Shown: positions 23,991-37,600 of the stretch, piece after piece
Layout: every line of letters begins with the position of its first letter
Numbering within the stretch: the stretch's first letter is position 1
Assembly: GCA_950097015.1 (NCBI GenBank)
Contig: CATNEN010000041.1
Location: 3,646,386-3,710,385 of the forward strand
Direction of reading: 5' to 3'
Source of the DNA: Macrostomum hystrix
Taxonomy: Eukaryota > Animalia > Platyhelminthes
Length of the DNA stretch: 64,000 bases
Made by a program: the position numbers and the translations under genes
Notes under the pieces: generated by a model
Database searches by the model: none
Told to the model about the DNA's origin: nothing
What the model saw: only the letters and a program-made list of their open reading frames with translations

Positions 23991-26900
23991 GGCCAAGGAT
24001 TAGATATTAAAAAAATTTGATTACTTAGTCTAGGCCAATTTGTAGTTATTGGTCCTTAACTAGATTACAAAGCTGGAATAACTAGATTGCAAAGTTGCAA
24101 AGCTGGAACTGTTCTGTTGCAACTAGTCGCCTATGGCCGGAGAGTTGATATCTGTCACGCGTAAGCGGGCGTGGCGGCTGGGAGCGCTTAATAGAACCAT
24201 CAAATTCGGCTCCTCAGGCTCCGAGACTTCCTACTCAGCCTGCAGCCGGTAACTACCCGATAGGGTACGCTAATGCGGTGTCCGAGACTCGTTTGCAGAT
24301 TCGAGTAAAACTAAATCGGTGATTGACTGAGGCAAGGAATTCAGTCTCGTAAAATGGCTGGAGATCCAAGTCTTAAAGTCATAGAGTACGCTCGTAAATG
24401 AGTCAAATTAAGCCAAGTGGTGTCCATTATTGCCAGCGCCTAGTAAGCTCCCATGTGGAGTGACCAAAGCGGATCAAAGTCCCAAAGTGCCCGTTTTACC
24501 AGGAACCAGAATACGACCGTTATGCCCTAACGGGTGGCTGTTGGTTACTCGGTTAGAGGCTGCGCAGAGCAAGGAAGAGGAAGTCTGATCGTAGAGGCAG
24601 ACCTTTAAGTGTAGTGCTCGCCGGGTGCGAAAGCCGGCCGGGGCGTCCTGCCGAAGGGCGAGACGCTTGTGCCTCCTGTTCAAGTGGCTGATATTAAAAA
24701 CGTAAGTCCACTTTGGGGTCATTAGAGCAGCCAGCTCAAGACGACCTACCAGGGTTTGTCTCCCTCCGTTTTGCGATTTGACACAAGGATCCTCCGGCCC
24801 GTCCTTTTGACGTTCTCCTGTCCTTCGGGGCCGGGCCGCCGCGCCTCAGGAGTAGCTAATAATATTGGTATTAAGTAATCTAGACCTGGGTTTATATTTA
24901 AATTAATAGTAATATAAATTAAAAGCAAGCTATTTAGCTAAAATAGTAGCTAGTGTGAGCAAGCCCCAAGAAAATAACAAATTATTTAAAATTTTACCTC
25001 ATACCTAATTTCAACCCCTGGTTGTGCTACTGTATACTAATATACAATACAACGAGAGCTACTTTCAAAAGGATTGGCCTGTACTGGGCTTATGGCTTAT
25101 CTGATGTTAATTTTGGATCCTTAATAGTATATTCAATATTATTTTATGTAATAATAGCAATTACTAGCTATTAGGCTCACTGTGAAGTTCGTGTGCAGAC
25201 GATTTTCCCAGACACCGGAGAAAGACACGGATTGGCGATTTCTTGATAATTCAGCGGCTTGTCGGCGGCAGCGCTAGGGTCCCGGTCCATTTGTCTCGCA
25301 TTTTGTGTAGCTATGTAAAAGGTCTTTAGTCTTTACCTATTTAAAATGTCTTTTTAGTCTACTCCTAGCTCCACGCTCGCTCTTAAGTCTAAAACCGACA
25401 TTTCAATGTATATTTAAATTCGCGCTACGTTTTCTCAGAAAGATATAGTAACAAAAATATTCAATATAACGCTAGCACCCAGACATCAAATAAATAAAAT
25501 AAAGTAACGAGATTCCTTTTTATATACGAGACTGAATTTATACACGCTGAACAAAAAATAAATAGTGACATCGTCACACCCGCCCATTCTCCAAAAACTA
25601 AAGCTGCTACTAACAGTAGCGACAAACGATGAAGTATGAATAGAACCCATAGAATCAAACAAGTTAAACCCCAACAGCGGAACAAATAACCCACGAGCGT
25701 AGTGATGGCTAACGAAAGCGCAAAGCGCGGAGCGCAACTCACATAGCAAGGCGCAAATTGCCCATAACTGGGTTCACGACAGACTGAGTGGTGATCATAA
25801 ACGCAACTAGAAACGACAGGGCTTAATCGAGTCATCTTTTTCCCAGGCACACAGGCACGGTCAGCAAAAGAGACTGGAACGACCGGTGGAACACCCCTGC
25901 TTATACAGCCGCAGGACAAAATCGCATGACAAAAAGAACACGAAGAAAACAGGGCTGACCGGAAACATTGCTAGGCTTGGCAAAACTGGGGAAGTCCGCG
26001 AACGCAAACGGCTTTACATAAAAAGCGCAGTCAGGACCAAACGTACACCGCACAGGGCGGAACAGCGACTACAGGGCAACCTCGGTAACCCGGCAACAAC
26101 AGAAGGCAGGGTCAACGGACCGGGCTGAACAACAGACGCACGAAGGCAAAAACTCTTCTCAGAGGGGCTAAAACTTAAATAACATTGCTTACAGAACAGA
26201 ACTGGGATTGCAACAACCATCACGGAACACAGTAATTCAGGCAAACATACAAATGACTGGCCGCACACGGCTGCAAAAAAATAAATAAGGGCGGTCACAC
26301 ACTTAGGGTCGGAACACGCTGCGTCGGAAACAGGGGAAAGAGACTGTGACATTAGCTTGATGCAAATAGATGAGTAAAACAAAAACGCACGGCGAAAAGT
26401 ACGAAAAAGCTTTAAGCGTTGGGTAATGACGGCCAGGAAATAAACTCGAGAGAATCTGAGGCCGGCCGATGGAGGAGGGCGCAAAAAAGGAGCGCAAAAT
26501 AAAGAGCCAAAAAAGAAAAAAAAATACAACATTAAAATTAGACCACATTTTTTAATAAGTTTTTTCCGATTGATTTTCTAAGTTACACACATTTGGGCAC
26601 CCCGGTGCTCTCATGCTTGCCGCAGATGGCATGCACCCCAGGGTCACCGCGTGATCTCAGGCACACTGGCTGTCTCCGAAGTGCTAGAGTGTGCATGCGG
26701 CCGACTTTGCGGTTGATTGGCGACGGATTACTCTGTGCCGGATGACTCGTTGACGGCTGGCTCGGTGACGACGGAGCGACGCACATCCATGGCCCGTCCA
26801 ACGACACTCAGCAGTCGTCAGTGCAGGCCGCAGGCGGTCTGATGAGGCAAGGGCCGCGAGACAGGTCATCCGCGGTCGTCCGCAACAGTAGCGAGCGAGC

Positions 26901-27565
26901 GACACCAGCAGCAGAAAGCCTGCAGTCCTCACCAGTGAAGACCGCCGACCTCAACCACAGCGAAGTCACCGACGGTGCCCACGGCCACTTCCGCCACCGG
27001 CCTCACCTGGCGAGACAGAACACAGCACAACAGGCAGACGGGTGGCTAAGGCCAACCTAGGCAGAGCACAGCACAGACAAGCAAAAACAGAGACTGCAAA
27101 AACAAACAAAACAAGGAAAACCTAAGAAAAACCTCAAGAGCGAATAAGACATTAAAGATAATCTGAAGAGCGTCAGAAAAGACATTCGTTAAAATCCACC
27201 TTCGATCTCCAGAGGGGCAGCCGCAAGGACGGACATAGACTCTAACCGCGCTCTTCCCCTCACCACAGACCGGATGGGAGAAACAGCATCTGGATGAATC
27301 TAGAGGGCTTACGCACGACCCTCCCCGACCTCGTGGTGGTCGTGTGGGCTCCTCCTTTAAGACGCTGGGAGCAGATCCCGGATAAGTTGGCACCTCCTTC
27401 GGGCTCACGATTCCCGGGACAGGGGCTCTAGGCTCCGTGGGGTGGCGGGACGAGAAGCTTGAACTGACTGATAACTCGCAGGCTCCAGATCTAGCGGGGT
27501 GGCAGCACTGCTGTGGGTCGCAGCTTCAGTGGGCAAGGTCACGCCGTCAGACTGTGACACGTACG

Positions 27566-30500
27566 CTAGACGTTGGACTTACTGTGCTTTAATTCTTTGT
27601 CTTGCGCAGCGCTACTGGAACTGTCAACACTACTGGGCAGGACTTCAGCGCCTTCAAGGCCACTCGCATCGACACGACTGGCATAGAGAACTCGGGCAAC
27701 ACGTTGGCTACTTCTGTCAGACTCGCTGACTGACAGCTTAAGGCGAAATTGCTCAACAGCGTCTAAGTAGCTAGGCTTCCTCACACAGCGTTTCAATCGA
27801 TCCACATTGTACACATTGTGCTTGGGGTTCGGCAATCTCTGGTCAGACCCACGGGAGTCTGCTTCGGGCACGAGGCGATAACTCCGCTCTGAGATCTTCT
27901 GGACTACCCGGTAGGGACCTAGCCACATATTGGAATCCAGGCCTTTGTGACTTTGATTGAGAACCCATACTAACTCGTCGACTTCAAAGCAGCTATGGTT
28001 AACGCCTCTGTCATACGAGCGTAGTAATGCTTTTGGCGCTGCTGGGCTTCGCCCCGAATTTCTCTGGCTAAAGTGGAGACATCGAATAAGTCCTTGTAAA
28101 GTCAATGGGCGAATACTGTTCCTGTTACTTCCGGATAATACTGTTCCTGTGGCGGGCGCCCGTACTTGAGGCCCAATGGGAACATGAGCTCTCTCTCTAA
28201 GAATAACTGGGCTGGCGTGAAACCGGTAGACTCAGCCACTGTCGCCCGGATGGACAGGCCTGCTAAGCGGGCGGCTAGTGACCACCCATGTGGTCTGCTC
28301 GAAACTTGGGATTGCGGCTAAGGATGTCAGCATTGACATGGTCTTTTCCAGCCCTATGATGGACTTCGAAATCGTATTCGGCTATGCGCTCTAGCGGAGT
28401 CTGGTCAACTCGGAAGTCATAGACCTCTATCGTCGACAGCCACTGGGCTAACATGCCGGTGGCGTGTTTTTAGAGTGCAGCCACTGCAGGGCTGCTGCGT
28501 CAGTTCTGACTATGAATGGCCTATCTAGGAGGTAGGTCCGGAACTGCTCTAACATGATCACTACCCCCAGGAGCTCTCGCATTGTGGCACAGTAATTCCG
28601 TTGCGCGGCAGAGAATTTTTTTGAGGCATAGGCTATGACACATTCCTGATCTCCCGGACCCTTCTGGGAAAGAAACGCCCCCCGTTCGCTTCAGGGAGCT
28701 GTCGTAGTCCAGGATGAACTAGTCGGCATTGGGCGATAAGTCTGGGTAGGCTAGCACTGGGGGCGCGCAAAGCCTGGCCTTTAAGTCGGTGAATGCCTCC
28801 TCGTGCTCGGCCTTCCAAACAAACTTCCCCTTTCCACGGGCCAGCGCATAGAGCGGTGCCGCAACAACGGAGAAATTGGGAACGAATTTGCGATAATAAT
28901 TCACAAACCCCAGAAATGCGAGCACTTCCTTTGGATCTGTGGGTGTGGACCACTCGCGAACGGCTTGAGTCTTGAGATAATTGGCTTCAATTCCCTTGCC
29001 TGAGACAATGAAACCTAAAAATTTGAATTTATCACGGAACAACTCACACTTGTTGGGCTTAATCTTTAGATTTGCCTTACGGAGGCGCCAAAGAACTAAG
29101 GCTAAGTGGCCGATCATTTGATCGTGGTCTCTAACCTTCACAATAATGTCATCCAGATACACTAGGCTCACTCTAAGGAGTAATGGTTGGAGCACTTTCT
29201 GCATCAATCTAGCTAAGGTGGCGGGAGCGGTCTTCAGCCCAAATGGGACCACTTTCCAGCGAAACGTGCCCTGGTGACAGGAAAAAGCCGTTAAATCTCT
29301 GTCCCGCTCTCTCACACCTACCTGCCAATACGCGGATGTCAGATCTAGGCTGCAGAACACTTGGGCCCCTGATAAACTTTGATAAACTATCAAAATACTC
29401 ATCAATAAGCGGCAAAGGGAAGCTGCACGGTTTTATTCCTGAGTTAGTGAATCGATAGTCAATGCAAAGTCTATGCGACCCATCTTTCTTTTTTATTAAA
29501 AAAGAAATTCCATCTGGTGATATTCCTCAATCACTCCACAGTCAAACAGCTCCGCGATGTACTGTTCTTAAAACTCTTTTTGCCCTTGCGATGTGCGGTG
29601 AGTGGACTGGAACACGGGGCGACAGGTTGGGTCCTTCTGTTCTATATCCATTTCCACTAGGGTTGTGTGGCCTAGAACTGTGTCCGACTGTGAGATCTGA
29701 CTCATGAAATAATTGAGCAGCTTCATAGTAATGGCCATTTTGGCAGGCGATAGTTTGGTCTGATCGAGACGAAATTTATTTCTCAGCCACTCCCCAGTCC
29801 TTTCGTCTGGGGGCGGTAGCTTCTCCACTAGAATGACTAAGTTACCTACGTTCTCAGTTGTAAAATACTTAATTCTCATGGAGCTGAGTTTCAGACACTA
29901 CTTCATCAGAGCCAATGCTCTGGAAAGAGGCGATTTCCTGACCCTTTCTAATGGCGACGGGCTGGTCCTCACGGTTTAGCAGACGGATTAGGACATGGCG
30001 GCCATCAGATACATTGTCCAAAGATCGGGCGACCATACATTCCCCCACTGTTCGAAAAAGGCGAGGTCCTAGAATCCCTGGGACTCCGGGATCAGCATGC
30101 AGCACGCGGCTGGGAATCAGCGATTCAGAACGGGGTGCTATCTCAATGTCGCAGGCGGAGGTAACGTGCCTGACACGATAAAGTTCAGTGTCCGCTTGAA
30201 TGACTGGGACCACCTCTCATTCCACTGTGGCTTTGCCATCGGCCACCAGAAGGTTAACCTTAAAATTGCGCATAAAGTCCAGACCTAAAAGGACATCTGA
30301 GAGCCCCGTCTCCATAACTAAGAAAACCTGCGGCTTGGTTAGGTTTCCCAGGGATACCTCACAGCTGTGAGAGATACAATTCAGACTACTGACAACAGTA
30401 GAAAAGCAAATACTTGGCTGCAAAACTCTCACATAACACTAAAAAAATATCGCCATAAAAGTGGCAAGGTTAAAACAGACTTCTGTGCACACTAAGAGTG

Positions 30501-31900
30501 GTGGGAGAGGACGGCGTGTGGCTATGGCTGACTGACGAAGGCAAACAAGCCAGAAACCGGTCTCGGTCTGCCAGCGCGAGGTTCGTTCCCCACTTTTAGT
30601 GTGCTACAACAGCGCAGCGTACCTAATATTGCGGTCTGGGTACCGTTGAATGCGGTGGCATTGCGCTTCTGCGTGGACGGGGTGAAATCTTTGTTAATTG
30701 GGTCAGCTTCTACCAGTTGGTCCCTTACTTTGGTGCCCATAGCACTGGCATTCGCGCCGGAGTCAAGATAGGAAATTATGCTGCTCTCTCCTACACTTAA
30801 CTGGACAAAACAACTCGACTCAGTTTGGCACCCAGGATTACTGGTCGCCACACTTGACATTGGCTGGCAACTCACTAACATCAAAAGCGCGATCACTGGG
30901 GCGTCCGGGGTCAGTTTCTCGGCGGAATCTAACTCGAAGGCCAACTAGCTGACGATTAGGGACTCTAGGTCGCAGTTCAGGGTCAGGCCGGGAAGAGTGC
31001 ACGAATACAATGTCCCCCAGGAGACTAGAGCGGATGAACCCGTGAGAGAGATACCACTGAGTGATCACACCGGATTCGACGGGCGGCCCCTCTCTGATTA
31101 GGTGGGCCTCTGATCTGCTGGCTACCCCTACCTGGGGGCAGAGGATGTGGGCACTCCGAGACTAGGTGATCCAACTGGCCGCAGCGATGGCATGCGCGCG
31201 AAGGCTTGCTCGTAGGTTGTGCTCGTCCGTAGCCATAATGATGGGGCTGGAAGTTTGTGAGGCCCCCCGGAGCGGGAACTTGGTGTGAGACCTCACCCCC
31301 CTGCCCTCCGCGGCGATGGGAAGACGGATGCCCGGCTTGGATACCTGACTCCGGTTGGGTGAGTGGAGGCTTAAAGCTCTGGGCTGGTCCCTCTCTTGCC
31401 TGAAACACTTGGGGCTCCTGTTTTGACGGAGACTGCAACGACTTTTGAGACTGGGAGAGCTTTTCTTCTAACTCCCTCACCCGTGCTTCTAATTCAGCGG
31501 TCCTATCGGGCGCTAGGGCGCGAACATTCGCATGACGGGTTCAACAACTGACGGACTCCTGCTATCTCTCGGGCCTTCCTACACAGGTCCTCCGCTGTCA
31601 GCATTGCGTTTTCCCTGCTCTGCAAGATCAACTTCTCGGCTAGCTAGTTGTCAAGCTTCTGTCAAGGTTACGATCAACTAGACAATGACAGAAACGGGCT
31701 CGAACTAGGGGCTCGAACTCCTGGCGGGTCATCTGAGCAGTATGGGCAAGGCTCACAAGTCGGTCAAAATAATCTTCGACTGGCTCTGCTACTTCTGGGT
31801 GGCTCCTACGAGGTACGAGCTCTAGATAGCTTTTGTCTTTCTCGGAGACATCTGTGTACCTATCAGCTAAGTCGTTGAGGGCCACCTCGATTTCGGCTTC
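27566..31900 (-). mobile_element. Degenerate Gypsy element 3 (gag-PR-RT-RH-partial IN-GPY/F)
   Basis: Zinc knuckle CHRCGQLDHLVSEC (31025-31480 ORF); protease YLDSGA and LLGLDF; RT SLDLTSAYWQV...YLDD (28719-29405); GPY motif WLGPYRV (27566-28105); integrase core largely deleted. LTRs not identified. Confidence 0.85.
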
Positions 31901-34638
31901 ATGCAGGTTGTTATTAAAGAAATGCTCTTGGCACTCGCCTACTCGTTAGCTAATAGCGACAGCAAAACGGGCCCTCTCTGCACGACAGGGATCTTATGAG
32001 CTGCGACATAGGCATTAAATTGGGCTCTCCAAAGATCGAACTTCTGCATTGGTGAATACGGGACTGGTAGTCCGAACTTGAACTGCTTTTGTACTTCTAT
32101 AACCTCTATAACTCATTTTCGTTGCCTCGGGAGTCTAAAAAGTTCGAAAACGGGGTCAAAATAATTTAGAGCGGGAATCCGAAGGATTGCCCAAAACTCA
32201 CTCCACTCGTTTTTTGCTTGTCATCAACTGATCACGTGCGAACTCTAATTTAAAGCGATACAAAAAAGGTTATTAGAGCAACATACAGCTTGTATTTTCA
32301 ACTTCGGTTTACGATCATTCAAAAAGCTTTTTTGTTAGCCAACTGTCTTTTTTGGAGGGATGCCATTGTGGCGGTTTCAACTATAGGCCTAACTAGCTTT
32401 CACCTATATTTTACCTTATGTTTTTTTCTTTGGTAGCTTGCTAGTGTTGATGAATGAAACTGGCAGCCAGTGCATCAATCAGCTTTAATGTATGTGGGCT
32501 GAAGGTGCACAACCTTCAGAGAAGAAACAGGACAACATCTCTTTGCCAATTTGGTAGTAATCTAGCAATAGTGCATTTTAATTTGCAAAATTGTATTTCT
32601 GTTGTATTTGAATTTACACTAGTTGGCAGCAGCAGTGAGTAGGCCTAGTTATATAGCCTATCTAGATACAGAAATTATTTTATCAGCTACTCAGGCTGCA
32701 GCTGCAGGCCATTGGCTGCCTTAAATTGTACCTTAGCATGGCTTCTGGTTGGTTAGCTGTTGCACCAGTAACATGACCCATGAGCAACAAAGTAACGCTG
32801 ATGATTCATGGTGCCAAGTCTTTAAGTACTAGGACAATGCATGCATGTGTAGTGATATAATTCGCGAAACTTCTGTACGATATTCAATTGATCTTTGAGA
32901 ACATTCTATACAGTACGAAAATATTGCATGGTTTCTAGAAAATTCTTCGATATAGTACAAATTAAACTTCGCCATTTTTCTCAGAATATTCATTAAGTAC
33001 AATAATTGCATAATCCACCATAAATTAGTGCATATCTAACACAAGGTCTTCATGCGCTTGCATCTAATAATAAATAGCTTAATTAAATTTGTTTTACCGT
33101 ACAGTACATTTTTAGAAACTTCCGTAAACACTAAATAAAATGCACTATAAATATTTAAACTGCACCCGATCCAGCAATAATCAAACCTTTCTGATCTCAT
33201 ACGAGACTCAACAAACAATACAAAAAGCCACCGCCTAGCTCTTAATTACTCGCAAACTCGCGACCACAAAACCGCTACACATGTTGGCATACTTATATAT
33301 CATTATCTGGACCAGGACCAGGCTCATGGCATGGATAGAATATTAGAATATAATCCACTCTGGTAACAGCCACTTGATAACAACTGCTTTGGAAAAATGA
33401 ATAGGCCTAATAACTGACAGTTATGATGCAATAACTTTATAGTAACATAAAATGTCATCCAAGTTGAATTTTTTTTGAGTAATTTTTTACATGTTTAATA
33501 TTAATAAATATAGTTTACAACTTTGTGCATTTTTCTCTTCTGTCTTCTACAATTTAAACTTCAATCATTTATAGTATTATATATAGATACACAGAACACC
33601 TCTGTCTAGAGTCTAGAGCCTAGAACTGAAGTCTTTAGACAAAACACTCTTAATCTAAAAATGAGATTATTTCCTGCTAGGTATCTCTTAGAACCTTTAC
33701 ACATTTGTTATGCACTAGTACTTTTTGTCTTTTACCTGTTTTAAAAAGACTTATTTGTTTCTATGTAAGCCTTGGCACATTACTAGGTTGCCTCTAGCTA
33801 TTTAGAACCTTTTCTAGTGCACCTGTCACAAAGAATTCCTCAAGGTGTGACTGTATATTTTTGTTTTGCTACTTCTTTGGGATATGATCAGGTCAAAACC
33901 TGAGCAGGAATCTTAAGCAAGAACCTTAAGTCAGGAATCTTTGGAAATTATGACTAGATTATAACATAAGTAGGAACCTTAGGCTAAGAATCTCAAGTTA
34001 CAACTCTAGTGTATTTACTATATTTTTTCTTGCAAGCTACTTCTTAAGATTATGATCAAGAGCAATTCCTCTTGTAGTTTTTATAGTTGCAACTGCTTAA
34101 TAGTGATGCAACTGCTTATTTACAATAACTGCTTATTATTGTGTTTGTGTTGCCTTAAAATAAGAGATCAGATACACCCAGAGTTCTGCTTTAATGCTAG
34201 ATCAGAGGCTTACCCTTGAACACAGACTATCTCAGAAATATGCAATAGCTTCAGCTATAGCTTCTACACATCGAAGAGGTAGAGAAAAGAGGGCAGAAAA
34301 AAATAAAACCTTGTAAACATAGTCTACAAGCATATTATAAAGCCTATTAGCATTTTTATCATAAAGCCCAGATCCACCACTCTAAAGCCCAACTGGCTTC
34401 ACATTCCCTGCTGCCTATTTTTAATTTGGATTAGCTGCTTGACTTGCCAGCTTAACAAGCATGCAAGCTGGTATACTTAAATCCAAAAGAGAATTTATAA
34501 TACTAGCTCCTCTTTGACATTTTTTTGTTATCAGCCTCCCAACCATGTGGTGGTCCATGGACACAATTGGGAGGCCCATAGTGCTAAATCATTATCTTGT
34601 AAAATATTTTTTAATTAGAAACTGCGATTACAGCCCTC

Positions 34639-37600
34639 ATGAACAAGCTCCTAAGCTGTGCTTGCCGACCAAAGAAGTCTGTGGAGATCCGCACACTTGA
34701 TTTCCGAAGCCGGCACCTCATTGAAGTTCCTGCAGATGCTTTCAAAAATGAAGCAACACTGGAAGTGTTGCTTTTAGACGACAACAAGCTCACTGAATTG
34801 AGAAAGGTTGTTACATAATCCGTTTTAAGTGATAACTGTCTGTGTTTCCATTACACTGAAATTTTCAAAGCACCTTAGGATTTAAATCAGCAACTCAATC
34901 CTAACTACTATATTGCAAGCAGCTGTCTTGCAACTATTAAAAGCCTATTAAGTGACCAACTCAGCTGCGTCCACATGTGTATATGAGCATGTTTAGCATC
35001 AATCTAATTTTTAATCTAAGAATCTATTTGATTAACATGTTAAAAAATCACTTATATAATAGTTAGTCATTAAACTTCATGTCAATGATACAAGTAATAA
35101 TATCAACCTCTTTGGCGCATAGAAAATTGATCATCGAAGCTATGTGGAAGTGAGAATTTCATTTATGAACATTTGTTCATTTAGTGCGGCCGCGTATTAG
35201 ACACGTGTGGTGATGGCGATACTTATCTTTCTGTAAAAATTGAACGAACCTCAACCCTAGCAATTTTCTCGTTCATAAGAGTGAAGAATGCACCACATAG
35301 GAGAAAATACATTTTCGCAGACACGTGTCCGGCGCGTTTTCGAAATTTCCTCGCGCATGTCCGTGAACTTAGTGCGAAAATTGCAATAGGCAGAATGCGA
35401 ATGCCAACGCCAATAGTAAAAACTGTCACATTCTTAAGTATACGATGTATTTGTGAGTAGTTCAGTGTCTAATTTTCATTACAGGAGCTGCTCTGTTGTC
35501 GCAGCCTCTTCAAGCTATCTCTGTCTAAGAACAGCCTCCAGTGCCTGCCGCCAAGCATTGGAAGTCTGTGCAACCTAAGCGAGCTGAATTTAAAAGACAA
35601 CAGTGAGTGCAAAGTCCATTGTAACCTCGTGACCTGAATTGCGTGAACTTGGAATAATACTTTGTATACCCTACCGTTTTAGGTTTACTTGAGTTGCCAG
35701 AGGAAATCAAGGCATGCAAATACTTACACACTTTGGACCTAAGTGGAAATTTATTGGAAGTGTGAGTTCAGAAAATATTTGCAATTTCAGTATCTATTTG
35801 CACGAGAAATAAGAACTAGCTATAGCCGCGAACCTGACAATTAGACTTAAAGGGAGGATAGCAAGTGTCGAAGAAGAGTTGATTAAACTGAAAATTGGAA
35901 ATGTCCTTGGTATCAATACAAGTCTATCCATTGAAACTAATGCCACTTTCGGGAGGCTTGATACTTTTTTCCGGCAAGCTTGTTCCGGAAGGAAAAGAGT
36001 CCATCTTCTCTGTCCTGGCATTGTGTCTTATGCTGGACAGGAGCCGGTCGATATTCGATTGCAGAACGCTAATGCGCGGAGAGCACGGAACGGATGAACG
36101 GACCCTGTCTCGCTCACGTCGGTTGGAATTGATCGATCCCTTCTGAAGGGATGTGAAGCTTGGCCACGTCAAGGATAGCTTGCCGAAAAAGCTCCTCACC
36201 AATGTAAATTTTGGTCGGGGGGGTGAATAGAGCCGAGTCGTTTGTCAATGACCACACTGAACACCGACCTATTAGCCTTTTTGAAGTTCGTGAAGGTACG
36301 TGGTGTACACAGGCGAATCGGTGAGCAGATAATGGGCAGGTACTCGGAGTTTAGGGAGGTGACCGTGGACCAGTCGCAGGAGGTAAGGATGTCATGAATG
36401 GCAAGGCTGATATCGGGTGATGTGGGCTGGCCATTGGAGGGTGGCCGATATGGTGAAGCTTCGTTGAGGACTCCGAAATTGGAGTTAAGAAAAGTTTGTA
36501 AGATGGTTGACTTTGTATCTAAAAGTACATGCGTGCTTAGATGTACAATCGCTAAGTGTACTATGCGAAGTCAAGTTTATGTGAGCGCATTGACCTCTCA
36601 GTCGTCAAGTGTTCGTCCACCCCTAAAGCCAGTGTCTAATACTCGGCTTGTCTTAACATTATTATTATATTTACTATTTGGGCCACTCAGACAAATTTAT
36701 GGATTTTCTCTCTGATTAGTAGCAATCAGTGAAAATTTTTATTATACTTGCAAAAAGGGAATTAGCTTGATGAGAGAAAACTAATTTTAATGAGGGGACA
36801 GTTGGTTAAATGGGGATAATTAGCTGAATTAAGGGTAGGGTAGATCATTGGTGCAAATTGATGCCCTATGTCATTAGAACCCGCTCTCTGCAAATTTCTA
36901 TTTTAGCTTGCCTGAAGGCATCAGCAGCCTGAGCCACCTGGCCAACCTCACGGTTAACGAGTGTTCACTGCGGAAACTGCCCAACACTCTTGGCAGGTGA
37001 TATGCTCTTTTTTTCCAGCGTTGAAGTGCTTTTACGATTACCTGTAACTTACACTTACAGTTTATAAGTCGTTTACGAGCTGTCTAATACCAACAAAAAA
37101 TTAATATTCTGTCAGTCAGCAGTTTCCTCTAATGCTAAAAAATCTTTGGTTATTTTTAGAGCTGGAAAAATAAGTACGAAGTATTGAAATATTTTGTATA
37201 TTATTATGTTATTAACTTGATTTGGACCTGTTATTTAGGCTCGGAAGCCTCTGTGTGCTGGAGGTCAGGGGTAACAAACTCAGATCACTTCCCTCGTGCA
37301 TCGGTCGGCTGAGAAAACTGGAGCGACTAGATGCTGGCGAGAACGAGTTGGAGGCTCTTGTGAGGAACTTCCAAGCTATAGAATTTTTCTATGTACTTAT
37401 TTTTTATTAGCTTTTTCTAGTCTAAAAGCTAGAAAAAGCTAGCATTCAAAAATCACTCAAAAATCATTCAAAGATCACTTCAAAAAGCGATCATTCAGCA
37501 TCGATCGATGCTGAATGAACGGTAGTTAAAAAGTGAGCACTAAAGATCTTAAAGCCGGCCTATTGAAGTAGCGCTTTTCTCTCTGTTGCTTCTTTCAGCC

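Noticed and set aside
24153-27559. Single 3.4-kb LTR bounded by TGTCAC...GTGACA
   Set aside because: No PPT next to 27559 and no second copy near the gag end; a 6-bp match can be chance.
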